This document shows, one piece after another, positions 21,101 to 28,905 of a stretch of 64,000 nucleotides of DNA. Source of the stretch: an uncultured delta proteobacterium (GTDB taxonomy: Bacteria; Myxococcota; Myxococcia; Myxococcales; Myxococcaceae). The stretch's first letter is position 1, and the number at the start of each line of letters is the position of its first letter. The position numbers were made by a program, and so were the translations under genes. The stretch is taken from contig CAWCKH010000004.1 in the NCBI GenBank assembly GCA_963796055.1, positions 1,792,001 through 1,856,000 of the forward strand, given 5' to 3'. The notes beneath the pieces were generated by a model that was not told the DNA's origin, made no database searches, and worked only from the letters and a program-made list of their open reading frames with translations.

Positions 21101-22598
21101 GGTGGCGGGAGACAACAAGGTCACCCTGGTTGGGCGCACTAGCTCCGAGATCGCGATCGAGATCTCGCAGCGGCTCACCTACCCACGTCAGTACATTTTG
21201 GGTGGCCCGCTCCGTTTCACGGCTCCGACTGGATTGGCGCTGACGCTCGCCGGCGCGGACGCATCCACTCACGTCCTCGACATCACCAACGTCCTCTCCC
21301 CTGCGGCCGTCGCGCTCACCAGCACTTCGGGAGGGGCGCGTCTGATCGCTAGTGGCTCGGGTACACGCATCCTCTACGCCTACCGCGATTCCGACGTGCG
21401 CTCTCCCGCCTGGGTGCAGAACGTCTCGAGTGCCTGGCACAACTCCAGCGGCGCCGATCTGGTCATCATCGGTCAGCGGGATCTCCTACCGAGCCTCCGT
21501 CCGCTCGCGGAACAGCGGGCGAGTGAGGGCTTGAAGGTCGCGCTGGTCGACGTCACTGACGTGTACGACGAATTCTCTGCGGGCGAGAAGGATGCGATGG
21601 CCATCCGCGCATTCCTCTCGGCGGCGATGGAGCGGTGGTCGACGCCGCCCCGCTTCGTGCTTCTCGTCGGATCGGCCACCTTCGATCCGCGCGGCTGGCT
21701 CGGACAGCCGGAGCTCGACCAGGTCCCGACGGTGCTGGTGCAGACTCGCTACCTCGAGACGGCATCGGATGACGCACTCGTCACCTTCCACGGCACCGTC
21801 CCTGACTTGGCGATCGGGCGGCTACCGCTCTCCACGCCAGCGGCGATGGAAGCGGCTGTGGCAAAGATCGTCGGGCGCAAGCTGGCGGGCGGCGAGGACA
21901 CGCTGCTCCTGATACGCGATCGGGACGGCACCATCTCGTTCTCCGCAGCCTCAGCCGAGGTGCGGGCTGCAGTCTCAAGCTGGAAGGCGCAGGACTTCCC
22001 ACGCGGCGCCGATGACGCCGCTACTCATTCCGCCCTGCTTGACGCACTTCGCAGTGGTCCGATCGCCGTCGACTACCAGGGTCACGGAGCGGAGGACTTC
22101 TGGGCCGGACGGATATTGGCGTCCACGGATGCCGATGCTCTGGCCGGTGCCGGCACGAGTTCGCTCGTGGTCGCCGCCACGTGTCTGAACGCGTACTTCC
22201 TGGACATCGGTCGCGAGAGCTTGGGCGCCGCGATGCTCAGGACCCCAGAAGGCGGCGCCTGGGGCGTCTGGGCGTCCTCCGCCCTGACACTTCCAACCGA
22301 CCACGCGCTGCTGAGCAAAACGCTGCTCTCCGCGGTGCTGAACGACGGGATGACGCTCGGGGAGGCGACCCTCAAGGCCAAGCAGGCGGTGAGTGATCTC
22401 GACGTTCGTGCCACCTTCCACCTCCTCGGCGACCCGAGCGCCCGGGCCGTGGCCACGCGGAGCTCTGCACTCACGATCTCGAAGCCGAAGAGCTCCTCGG
22501 CCGGCGGCTGCAATACCCCGGGTGGTCCGCTCTCGGCGCTGGCGCCGCTGGTCTTGGCCGTCCTGGCGCTCTCGCTCCGCCGCCGCTCGGTCTCCTGA
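18114..22598 (+). CDS. Secreted beta-helix / C25 (gingipain-like) cysteine peptidase with MYXO-CTERM-type tail, paralog 1 (1494 aa)
   Basis: Signal peptide; autotransporter-type repeat LTKTGAGSLTL; VYDEFS, RFVLLVG, ASDD, IGRLP, YQGHG, ATCLNAYF, LLGDPS; tail GGC-linker-TM-RRR. Confidence 0.85.
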   Translation: MTAWRALRAALLMVAAASSPSLAQVTCPIGASTWLDGAGSWVTGTNWNPTGVPAPSADVCFDTSTANPTLAAGTTTVGTLNVLSTGTLTLTGGSLRNFTINGGINADGPFTFNSITNVIPSATQSWVINGFGSTFNSPLSVPVLTAATTTINVTGIADLTFNVAAPRGFQAFNWGAGVLTLTTNGLGSGTPITLSGANAALLVSSTAALTLDNPVIATASGELLAVDGASGVQHALGRVTVSPGVTLQELLGGTNNVKLQLGGLTLGAGSTLLKQDFGGIYVNGSVSDTASSTLTLFIGFTTPTGSQLDEGLHFQSSTTVNSIISSTASLNSAMVGADGATTLTLAGVVDVGNAGRLILIPRGGATILFGPSSFNAPGNPNDIQLRGTAGNTVEFTNAAVTANAVTVYDGLSFQTDANPPPPTVTFSTTSGATWRVRNAAQSLPGALTLNAAGTVDTGTDLTITGVLAGSGALTKTGAGSLTLGPGTHTHNGGITVNAGTLEVDGTLTGENTISINNGGGLAGAGTLQSGTGPITVAAGARYTPGSGGTGILATNDLSLSDTSVLNFTVGTPTTTGSVTGALLLDGILNITQGPGFAQGVYTIFTATAAITNNDLRLGTVPTGFSYGYAVNGNQVELHVGPPPTAVEMVKSDAVSDGSSAQVAWEAGTEVRNLGYRVYREENGRRQEISGLIAGSSLRAGFDPLAGRNYGFVDPSGSWGARYWIEAIGLDGKSQWFGPVNARRGDLPQTRVQSAALVAKVGASALVASVERPSARQVDPPGVDRSWRDPNLRRQWEIAASSTAVKLLVHQDGVYRVSADQLVQAGLPAGTPLGSLRLWSGGSPVAFRVVGNAVEFFGQAADTRYTDTRVYWLTTGLGQPISIKAAPTANATGAAGSFLETLEIRDRTLYLAALLNAETDGFFGEPLIGTSPMERVFSTPALAVVASDPAVLEVSVQGLTNGNHTIDVTVNGLVVGTVHSVFQDVAKARFMVPPGLLVAGDNKVTLVGRTSSEIAIEISQRLTYPRQYILGGPLRFTAPTGLALTLAGADASTHVLDITNVLSPAAVALTSTSGGARLIASGSGTRILYAYRDSDVRSPAWVQNVSSAWHNSSGADLVIIGQRDLLPSLRPLAEQRASEGLKVALVDVTDVYDEFSAGEKDAMAIRAFLSAAMERWSTPPRFVLLVGSATFDPRGWLGQPELDQVPTVLVQTRYLETASDDALVTFHGTVPDLAIGRLPLSTPAAMEAAVAKIVGRKLAGGEDTLLLIRDRDGTISFSAASAEVRAAVSSWKAQDFPRGADDAATHSALLDALRSGPIAVDYQGHGAEDFWAGRILASTDADALAGAGTSSLVVAATCLNAYFLDIGRESLGAAMLRTPEGGAWGVWASSALTLPTDHALLSKTLLSAVLNDGMTLGEATLKAKQAVSDLDVRATFHLLGDPSARAVATRSSALTISKPKSSSAGGCNTPGGPLSALAPLVLAVLALSLRRRSVS

Positions 22599-22783
22599 GG
22601 CCGGACGTTGTGAACCGGCGCGCTCTGCGCCGTGGGTCACCACCGACTTGGTGGCCCGCGCCGACCCCGCATCCCACCTCTGCGGGGAATGTCGGACCGC
22701 GTCGGCAAACTACCGACTGAACTTCGAGCTCTCTCCATGTCGTCGACGCGCAGAGGCGCTTTCTCGACGGAGCGTCGGAGTGT

Positions 22784-22811
22784 CTGCGAGGATGCGGGCA
22801 TCGATTCTGCA
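22784..22811 (+). promoter_or_regulatory. Putative sigma54 (-24/-12) promoter
   Basis: GG(22797-98)-N10-GC(22809-10) within CTGCGAGGATGCGGGCATCGATTCTGCA; a near copy occurs at 28862. Confidence 0.55.
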
Positions 22812-22823
22812 CCCTGACCCTTG

Positions 22824-23279
22824 ATGCCGAACCGACCCAAGGCCCGGACGGACCAGCTCCTCGTCCAGAGAACTGGACAGGACACCCTGGTCTACGACGA
22901 GCGGACCCACCGGGCGCACTCCCTCGATGCGAGGGCGGCACGGGTGTGGGAGCTCTGCGACGGCGCACGGACCGAGCCCGAGATCGCGCAGGCTTACGGC
23001 GAGGGCGCAGCAGGCGAGGCGGTGGTGAGCTGGACGCTGGCAGCGCTTGAGAAATCCGCGCTCCTCGAGGACGACAGCGGAGTGGAGGCGCGGGCGGCAC
23101 TGAGCCGGCGGGCGCTGATGAGGACCGTCGGGCTCGCGGCGATCCCGGTCATCATGGCGATCACCGCTCCGCGGGCGCGGGCGGCCGTGTCGAGTTGCTC
23201 GAACGGTGGGCAGCAGTGCTCGACGAAGCCGTGCTGCCCCATGTTGACCTGTGACACCCAGACCTTCACCTGTCAGTGA
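22824..23279 (+). CDS. PqqD/RRE domain fused to a twin-Arg leader and six-Cys peptide (putative precursor, copy 2)
   Basis: TLVYDERTHRAHSLDARAARVWELCDGART, then LSRRALMRTVGLAAIPVIMAITAPRARAA and VSSCSNGGQQCSTKPCCPMLTCDTQTFTCQ. Confidence 0.82.
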   Translation: MPNRPKARTDQLLVQRTGQDTLVYDERTHRAHSLDARAARVWELCDGARTEPEIAQAYGEGAAGEAVVSWTLAALEKSALLEDDSGVEARAALSRRALMRTVGLAAIPVIMAITAPRARAAVSSCSNGGQQCSTKPCCPMLTCDTQTFTCQ

Positions 23280-24280
23280 CCGCGGTGGCACATCCCCTGG
23301 CGATGGCGTTGCGCGACACCTTCCGCACCCAGGCGGTCGGGCCGATGTCGCTCGCCCCTGAGCTCGTCCGCTCTGCCGAAGTGACTGGAGTCGAGGCGCT
23401 GCTGCTGCGGCGTCGAGAGGACGTGCCATCCGGGACGGAGCGCTTCCAGAGTCTGGAGTACCTTCGTCGCGAGCGCTGGCTGGCCTCGGTCTTCACCGCG
23501 CTCGAGTCCCACGGAATCCGGGCGGTCACGTTCAAGGGCTGGGCTCTCGCCCGCCTCTACGGCCGACCCGGGCTGCGGCCGGTCGGCGACGTGGACCTCG
23601 CCGTCCGTCCCGAAGACTTCGGACACGCGCGGACGGTACTCGCCGCCTTCCAGGGCGAGAACGAGGTCGATCTCCAGTCGGACCTCTCGCGGTACCTTCC
23701 TGACCGGAGCCCGGAGGCGCTGCTGACCTGCGCCCAGGCCGTCGAGGTCGCCGGTGGTCACATCCAGGTACTGGGTCCCGCCGACCACCTCCGTCTGGTT
23801 TGTCTCCACCAGCTCCACCACGGATCCTGGCGGCCTCTTTGGCTGTGCGACGTGGCGGTGCTGCTCGAGTCATTGCCGGCGGACTTCTCCTGGGCGGAGT
23901 GCCTTCATGGGAGCCGGCACCTGGGAGAGGGCGTGCTCGCCTGCGTGGGTCTCGCCTGCGAATGGCTGGGCGCAAGACCGACGGTGCCGCCGCCGGAGGC
24001 CGTCGTCCCGGAGTGGTTCCGCCGTGCGGTCGGGAGTGCATGGGACCGGGGCTACCGTCCGTCTCCGGAGCGGCTCGAGGGCATCTCGCTGGCCCGGCTT
24101 CCAGAAGCGCTCAGGGCACGCTGGCCGGATCCACTGTCCTCGACGCTCCATCTGGACGCACCTTTCCACCGGGTACCGAGACTGCCGATCCAGGTTGCGG
24201 AGCTGGTCCGCCGCAGCTCGCGCCACGCCGTCCGCCGGTGGCGGTCGCGCGGAGCGGGGGTGGGAAGGGGGGAGTCGTGA
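23276..24280 (+). CDS. Nucleotidyltransferase family protein (NTP_transf_5-like), copy 2
   Basis: FKGWALARLY, RPVGDVDLAV, DHLRLVCLHQLHHGSWRPLWLCDV; clear paralog of 17026..18117. Confidence 0.82.
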   Translation: MTAVAHPLAMALRDTFRTQAVGPMSLAPELVRSAEVTGVEALLLRRREDVPSGTERFQSLEYLRRERWLASVFTALESHGIRAVTFKGWALARLYGRPGLRPVGDVDLAVRPEDFGHARTVLAAFQGENEVDLQSDLSRYLPDRSPEALLTCAQAVEVAGGHIQVLGPADHLRLVCLHQLHHGSWRPLWLCDVAVLLESLPADFSWAECLHGSRHLGEGVLACVGLACEWLGARPTVPPPEAVVPEWFRRAVGSAWDRGYRPSPERLEGISLARLPEALRARWPDPLSSTLHLDAPFHRVPRLPIQVAELVRRSSRHAVRRWRSRGAGVGRGES

Positions 24281-27200
24281 GAAGACTGATTCCGTTCGCG
24301 TTGCTTGCAGTCGCACTGGCTGCGCCACGGGCGCATGCCGTCGCCAAAACCTGGAACGGCAGCGTCAACATCCAGTGGAACAACGGCGCCAACTGGACGC
24401 CCGCCGGAGTTCCGACCGCCGCGGATGACGTGACGATCAACGTCCCAGGCACGGTCCGGATCTCGAACAATCCGATCGCCGCCGATGCGGTCGCAGCATC
24501 GCTGACCATCGGTGCGGCGGTCACGATGAATCGCGGCAACGGCCACATCCTCACCGTGACCAACGGCATCAATGTCAACTCGACCTCTGACGTGTTGATC
24601 CAGGTGCCGTTCACCGCGGCGAGCCTGAGCAAGAGCGGCACCGGAAATCTGACCCTGAACGGAGCCGCCCTGTCCGGGACGACGCCGCAGGTCAGCGGGA
24701 CGGTCGACGTGACCGGCGGGACACTGACCCTCAACGGCGGGAACGATCTGACCACCGGCGGAGCGGTGAACGTCAGCACGGGCGCGACCCTGGCTCGCAA
24801 CGGTGCCGGCTTCCTGAACGCGGGTGGAGCGGTGACCGTCGATGGAGGAGCGATGACCTTCGCCGCCGGTGGTGGTCTCGCCGCCAGTGCGACGGTCACC
24901 GTCATGGGCGGGGGAACCGTGTCCTTCGCCGGAGGCGGCGGTCTCACCTCGGGCGGCGCGGTGACCGTCACTGGTGGGACGATGAGCTTCGCGGCCGCTG
25001 GTGGTCTCACCTCGGGCGGAGGAGTGAACGTCACCGGCGGAACGATCACCTTCGCTGGCGGTGGCGATCTCGCATCGGCGACTTCGATGGTCACCGTGGG
25101 GGCCGGCGGCACTCTGGCATTTCCCGGCAATGCCAACCTCGGCGCGGGCGACGTGATCGTGAACGGCGGAATCGTCTCCTTTGGCGGGAACGGAGATCTC
25201 ATTGCCACCGGAGGAGTGACGGTGACCGGAGGAGGGAGTCTCTCCTTCGGTGGGAACGGCGACATCACCGCTCAGAGCTTCACGCTGGCCTCGGGCTCGT
25301 CATTCACCTTGAACTTCGCCACCGGTGGCAACCCGACGAACATCAACCTCACCGGCGGGACCGGAGCCCTGGGCGGGACCGTCAACATCACCGGGACTCC
25401 GAACGCAGCCAGCTTCAACATCCTCACCGGTGCGAGCACGGTGGACATCACCGGGGTGATGCTCGGGAGCGCGCCGAGCGGATTGGCGTTCGGGTTCCGC
25501 CCACTGGGAACCAGCACCGTCGTGCTCGACGTGACGGTCAACCCCATCGCTCCGGATGGCACCGCCTCGGCCACTGGAAGCTGCCCGGGACCGATGACCT
25601 GGCAGCACACCATCTCCGCAACCGCCAACGACCGCTACCTGCTGGTCGGAGTGTCGACGGGCACCAGCGCCGTCACCCCGACGGCGGTGAGCTTCGGCGC
25701 CCAGCCAATGGGCCTCATCGCCAGCCGGGTCAATGGCAGCTCGGGCGCGTTCATCTATGGCCTGGTGGCCCCGGGGCGTGGAACGGGGACCATCACCGTC
25801 ACCCTCCCCGCAGGCCCATGCAGCGTGGTCGCCGGCTCGCTCTCGTATACGGGGGTCCTTCAGGCCAGCTCGACGGGCACCGCCGCCACCGCCGCGGGGA
25901 CGGGGACCAGCGCCTCGGCGTCGCCTTCGACCGTCCAGGGGGACAAGGTCATCGCCGTCCTGGCGTCCAACGGGGCCACCTCCGCGACCCCGCAGGCCGG
26001 AGCGACCGTCCGCTGGTCTGCGATCCAGGGCACGGTGCTCGGCGCGGGTGATACCGCGAGCCGCAGCGGGGCAGGCACTTTCAACGTGACCATGAGCTGG
26101 ACCCTGAGCCCGTCGAGCGAGTTCGCGCTCGCGTCGGTCCCCATCCATGCGGCAGCGCCCACTCGGGTGATGGAGATCGCGGCATCGGTTCGGCGCTCGG
26201 GGACGGCCCTGGCGGTGTCCGTGCGGTCTGGGCCCAGGTCGGACCTGGTGGGCTTTCGCGTGTGGCGCGAGGCCGCTGGGCAGCGTGAGCTCCTCACCCC
26301 AGGTCTGGTGGAGGGTCCGGTACTCACCTCACGGGCCAGCCTGCTGGCAGGCTCTGAGAGCGGCTGGGTCGATGCCCGACCCGTCCCCGGTGCGAACTAT
26401 CTGATCGAGGCGCTCCACCTCAACGGTCGGACCACCTGGTCGCGGGCGGCACCTGGCGCGGGTCCGGCTCCCCCCGTGGCCTCGGCTCTGCTGGCGTCGC
26501 CGGCCAGTGCGGTGGTGGTTCACCAGCCCGCGCTTCGCGTGAGCGCCGCCGAGCCCGTGTCTCGCAGATCCGCGCTGGTGATGCAGGGCACCCAGTGGCA
26601 GCTCGCCGCGGACGCCGCGGTGAAGATGAGGGTGTCCACGGCGGGCCTGGTCCGCGTCCCGGCCGAGCTGCTCTTCGCCGCCGGCATTCCCGTCGGTGCC
26701 GCGGCGTCCTCGATCCAGCTGTTCCGCGGTGGGCGCCCAGTCCCCCGGACCGTCGACGCCTCGGACGGCGTTACGCTGCGGAGCGGGGACGCAGTGGAGT
26801 TCTACGGCTACCCGATGGACACGCGCTACTCCGGCTCCGCCGTCTACTGGCTGACCGCAGGCAAGGGTGTGGGCGTGGAGGTCCCGAGCACCGGGTGGAT
26901 CGCGCCGGGCGCGGCCACCCGCTCGTATCTCGCCTCAGCCGAGGTCCGGGAGCGCCTCACCTGGTTTGGCGCCGCAAGAAACGGCGACGCCGAGAAGTTC
27001 TTCGGGCCGGCGGTCCACTCCACCGCCCGGCAGCGGACGATTCCGGTCGACGCCCTTGACGTCTCGGGGGCGGGGGCACGGCTCGAGCTCGCGTTCCAGG
27101 GTTTGACCGAGATCCCCCACGCAGTGTCGGTGAGCGTGAACGGCCTCCCTGTCGCCTCGGTGACCTTCGACGGGAATACACCCCATTCGGCGCTGGTCCC

Positions 27201-28761
27201 TCTTCCGCCGGGGACCTTGGTGGCCGGGGACAACACCGTCGAGCTGGTCGCGCCCGGCTCGGCGGACATCTCGCTCGAGCAGTACGTCCGGCTGGTCTAC
27301 CCGCGCTTCACGGTCCGCGGCTCGGGCGCGCTGGAGTTCACCCTCGCCGGAGGAGCTGCCACCCGCCTGGACGGCTTCGATCCGGGGCTCACCCGCGTGC
27401 TGGACATCACCGACCCGGACGCCCCCGTGCGCCTGACGACCTGGGACGAATCGGGAGCTGCGGCGGTGGCTGCACCAGGGTCGGGTTCCCGGCGGCTCTT
27501 GGCCTATCTCCCGACGGACGTGGCGTCCCCGGTTTCGGTGGTGGCCAATCGTCCCAGCAGCTGGCACTCCGCGGAGGGCGCGGACCTGATCATCGTGGGT
27601 CCGGCCTCGCTCCTCCCGGAGGCGCAGGCGCTGGTCGACGCGCGCAGGGCACAGGGCCTTTCGGTGGCGCTGGTGGATGTCGAGGATGTGCAGGACGAGT
27701 TCGCCTCCGGTGAGAAGAGCGCCGATGCCCTGCGTGGCTTCCTCCAGCAGGCGCTGGGGGCCTGGGCGCGGCCACCGCGCTACATTCTCCTGCTCGGCTC
27801 GGCCACCTATGACCCCCGTGACTACCTCAGGCTGGGCGGAGACCTGGTCCCCAGCGGCACCGTGCAGACCGAAGTGCAGATGAACGGGCAGACCGAGGCG
27901 CTCGAGGCAGCCTCGGACAGTTGGTTCCTGGGCGTCCCGGGTGCGGGGGCCCTTAGCATCGGGCGTCTTCCGGTGAGGACTGCGGAGGAGACCCGGGCAG
28001 TGGTGGCGAAGATCGTCGGGCGGCGGGATGCGGATGCGAAGGCGAACGTCCTGCTGGTCTCCGACCGTGCGGGGACCAGCGACTTCCCGGAGATGAGCGC
28101 CGACCTTCGGGCCGTGCTCCCGGACGCCCAGGCGACGGTGCTGGTGCGGGGGTCGGACACGGACCAGGTGCTGCACCAGCGGATGCTGGAAGCACTCCGG
28201 GCCAGTCCGGCCCTGGTGAACTACATCGGCCACGCCGCGGAGACGTTCTGGAGCGACCCCACCGCCCCCCTCTTCAGCGTCGACGACGTGTCCGCGGTCG
28301 CTGGAAACCAGCCCGGCTTGTGGATCGACATGAGCTGCCTCACCGCGTTCTTCCAGGATCCGCGTCGTCAGAGCCTGGACGTCGCGACCTTGTTGGCCTC
28401 CGAAGGTGGGGCCTGGGGCACCTGGGGCAGCACGGCGAAGACCTACCCGGGCGATCACGCAGGCCTGAATCGGGCGCTGGTGCGCGCGCTGCTGATCGAA
28501 GGGAAGACGCTCGGCGAAGCAACTCGTGACGCTCTCGCCTCCGCCACCGACCCGCAAGTGCAGTCGACGTTCGTGCTGCTCGGCGACCCGAGCGCCCGCG
28601 CCGTGGCCACGGCGGCGCTCGAGGTGGCCCCCCCGAAGCCGTCCGCCTCCTCCGGGTGCAGCGCGACTCCCGCTGGGTCCGGCACCCTGGCGCTCCTTGC
28701 CATCGGCCTCTGGTGGGCCGCGGCGCGACGCCGCGTCCGAGTGGGGGTCCGGCGCGAATAG
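24277..28761 (+). CDS. Secreted beta-helix / C25 cysteine peptidase with MYXO-CTERM-type tail, paralog 2 (1494 aa from GTG 24277)
   Basis: Signal peptide RRLIPFALLAVALAAPRAHA; VQDEF, IGRLP, NYIGHA, MSCLTAFF, LLGDPS; tail SGC-TM-RRR. The upstream part of ORF 23800 is shadow of the NTase gene. Confidence 0.85.
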   Translation: MRRLIPFALLAVALAAPRAHAVAKTWNGSVNIQWNNGANWTPAGVPTAADDVTINVPGTVRISNNPIAADAVAASLTIGAAVTMNRGNGHILTVTNGINVNSTSDVLIQVPFTAASLSKSGTGNLTLNGAALSGTTPQVSGTVDVTGGTLTLNGGNDLTTGGAVNVSTGATLARNGAGFLNAGGAVTVDGGAMTFAAGGGLAASATVTVMGGGTVSFAGGGGLTSGGAVTVTGGTMSFAAAGGLTSGGGVNVTGGTITFAGGGDLASATSMVTVGAGGTLAFPGNANLGAGDVIVNGGIVSFGGNGDLIATGGVTVTGGGSLSFGGNGDITAQSFTLASGSSFTLNFATGGNPTNINLTGGTGALGGTVNITGTPNAASFNILTGASTVDITGVMLGSAPSGLAFGFRPLGTSTVVLDVTVNPIAPDGTASATGSCPGPMTWQHTISATANDRYLLVGVSTGTSAVTPTAVSFGAQPMGLIASRVNGSSGAFIYGLVAPGRGTGTITVTLPAGPCSVVAGSLSYTGVLQASSTGTAATAAGTGTSASASPSTVQGDKVIAVLASNGATSATPQAGATVRWSAIQGTVLGAGDTASRSGAGTFNVTMSWTLSPSSEFALASVPIHAAAPTRVMEIAASVRRSGTALAVSVRSGPRSDLVGFRVWREAAGQRELLTPGLVEGPVLTSRASLLAGSESGWVDARPVPGANYLIEALHLNGRTTWSRAAPGAGPAPPVASALLASPASAVVVHQPALRVSAAEPVSRRSALVMQGTQWQLAADAAVKMRVSTAGLVRVPAELLFAAGIPVGAAASSIQLFRGGRPVPRTVDASDGVTLRSGDAVEFYGYPMDTRYSGSAVYWLTAGKGVGVEVPSTGWIAPGAATRSYLASAEVRERLTWFGAARNGDAEKFFGPAVHSTARQRTIPVDALDVSGAGARLELAFQGLTEIPHAVSVSVNGLPVASVTFDGNTPHSALVPLPPGTLVAGDNTVELVAPGSADISLEQYVRLVYPRFTVRGSGALEFTLAGGAATRLDGFDPGLTRVLDITDPDAPVRLTTWDESGAAAVAAPGSGSRRLLAYLPTDVASPVSVVANRPSSWHSAEGADLIIVGPASLLPEAQALVDARRAQGLSVALVDVEDVQDEFASGEKSADALRGFLQQALGAWARPPRYILLLGSATYDPRDYLRLGGDLVPSGTVQTEVQMNGQTEALEAASDSWFLGVPGAGALSIGRLPVRTAEETRAVVAKIVGRRDADAKANVLLVSDRAGTSDFPEMSADLRAVLPDAQATVLVRGSDTDQVLHQRMLEALRASPALVNYIGHAAETFWSDPTAPLFSVDDVSAVAGNQPGLWIDMSCLTAFFQDPRRQSLDVATLLASEGGAWGTWGSTAKTYPGDHAGLNRALVRALLIEGKTLGEATRDALASATDPQVQSTFVLLGDPSARAVATAALEVAPPKPSASSGCSATPAGSGTLALLAIGLWWAAARRRVRVGVRRE
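24715..25290 (+). repeat. About nine degenerate 21-22 aa Gly-rich coding repeats
   Basis: Units such as GGTMSFAAAGGLTSGGGVNVT, GGTVSFAGGGGLTSGGAVTVT and GGIVSFGGNGDLIATGGVTVT. Confidence 0.75.
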
Positions 28762-28861
28762 GTCGATTGACCGGGAAGGATCGCCGTGCTCTCGCGCGCC
28801 CGCCGCGCACACCTCGGTAGGTTCGGAGCGTCGACCGCATCCTCGACCGGGGCAGATCGCC

Positions 28862-28890
28862 CTGCGAAGATGCAGGGCATCGAACCTGCA
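28862..28890 (+). promoter_or_regulatory. Putative sigma54 (-24/-12) promoter
   Basis: GG(28876-77)-N10-GC(28888-89) within CTGCGAAGATGCAGGGCATCGAACCTGCA. Confidence 0.55.
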
Positions 28891-28905
28891 AACGGCTCGC
28901 CGCTG

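Noticed and set aside
16577..24280. Lasso peptide or PQQ biosynthesis cluster
   Set aside because: No asparagine-synthetase-like cyclase, B2 protease or pqqBCE. The cores are six-Cys peptides with no lasso leader.
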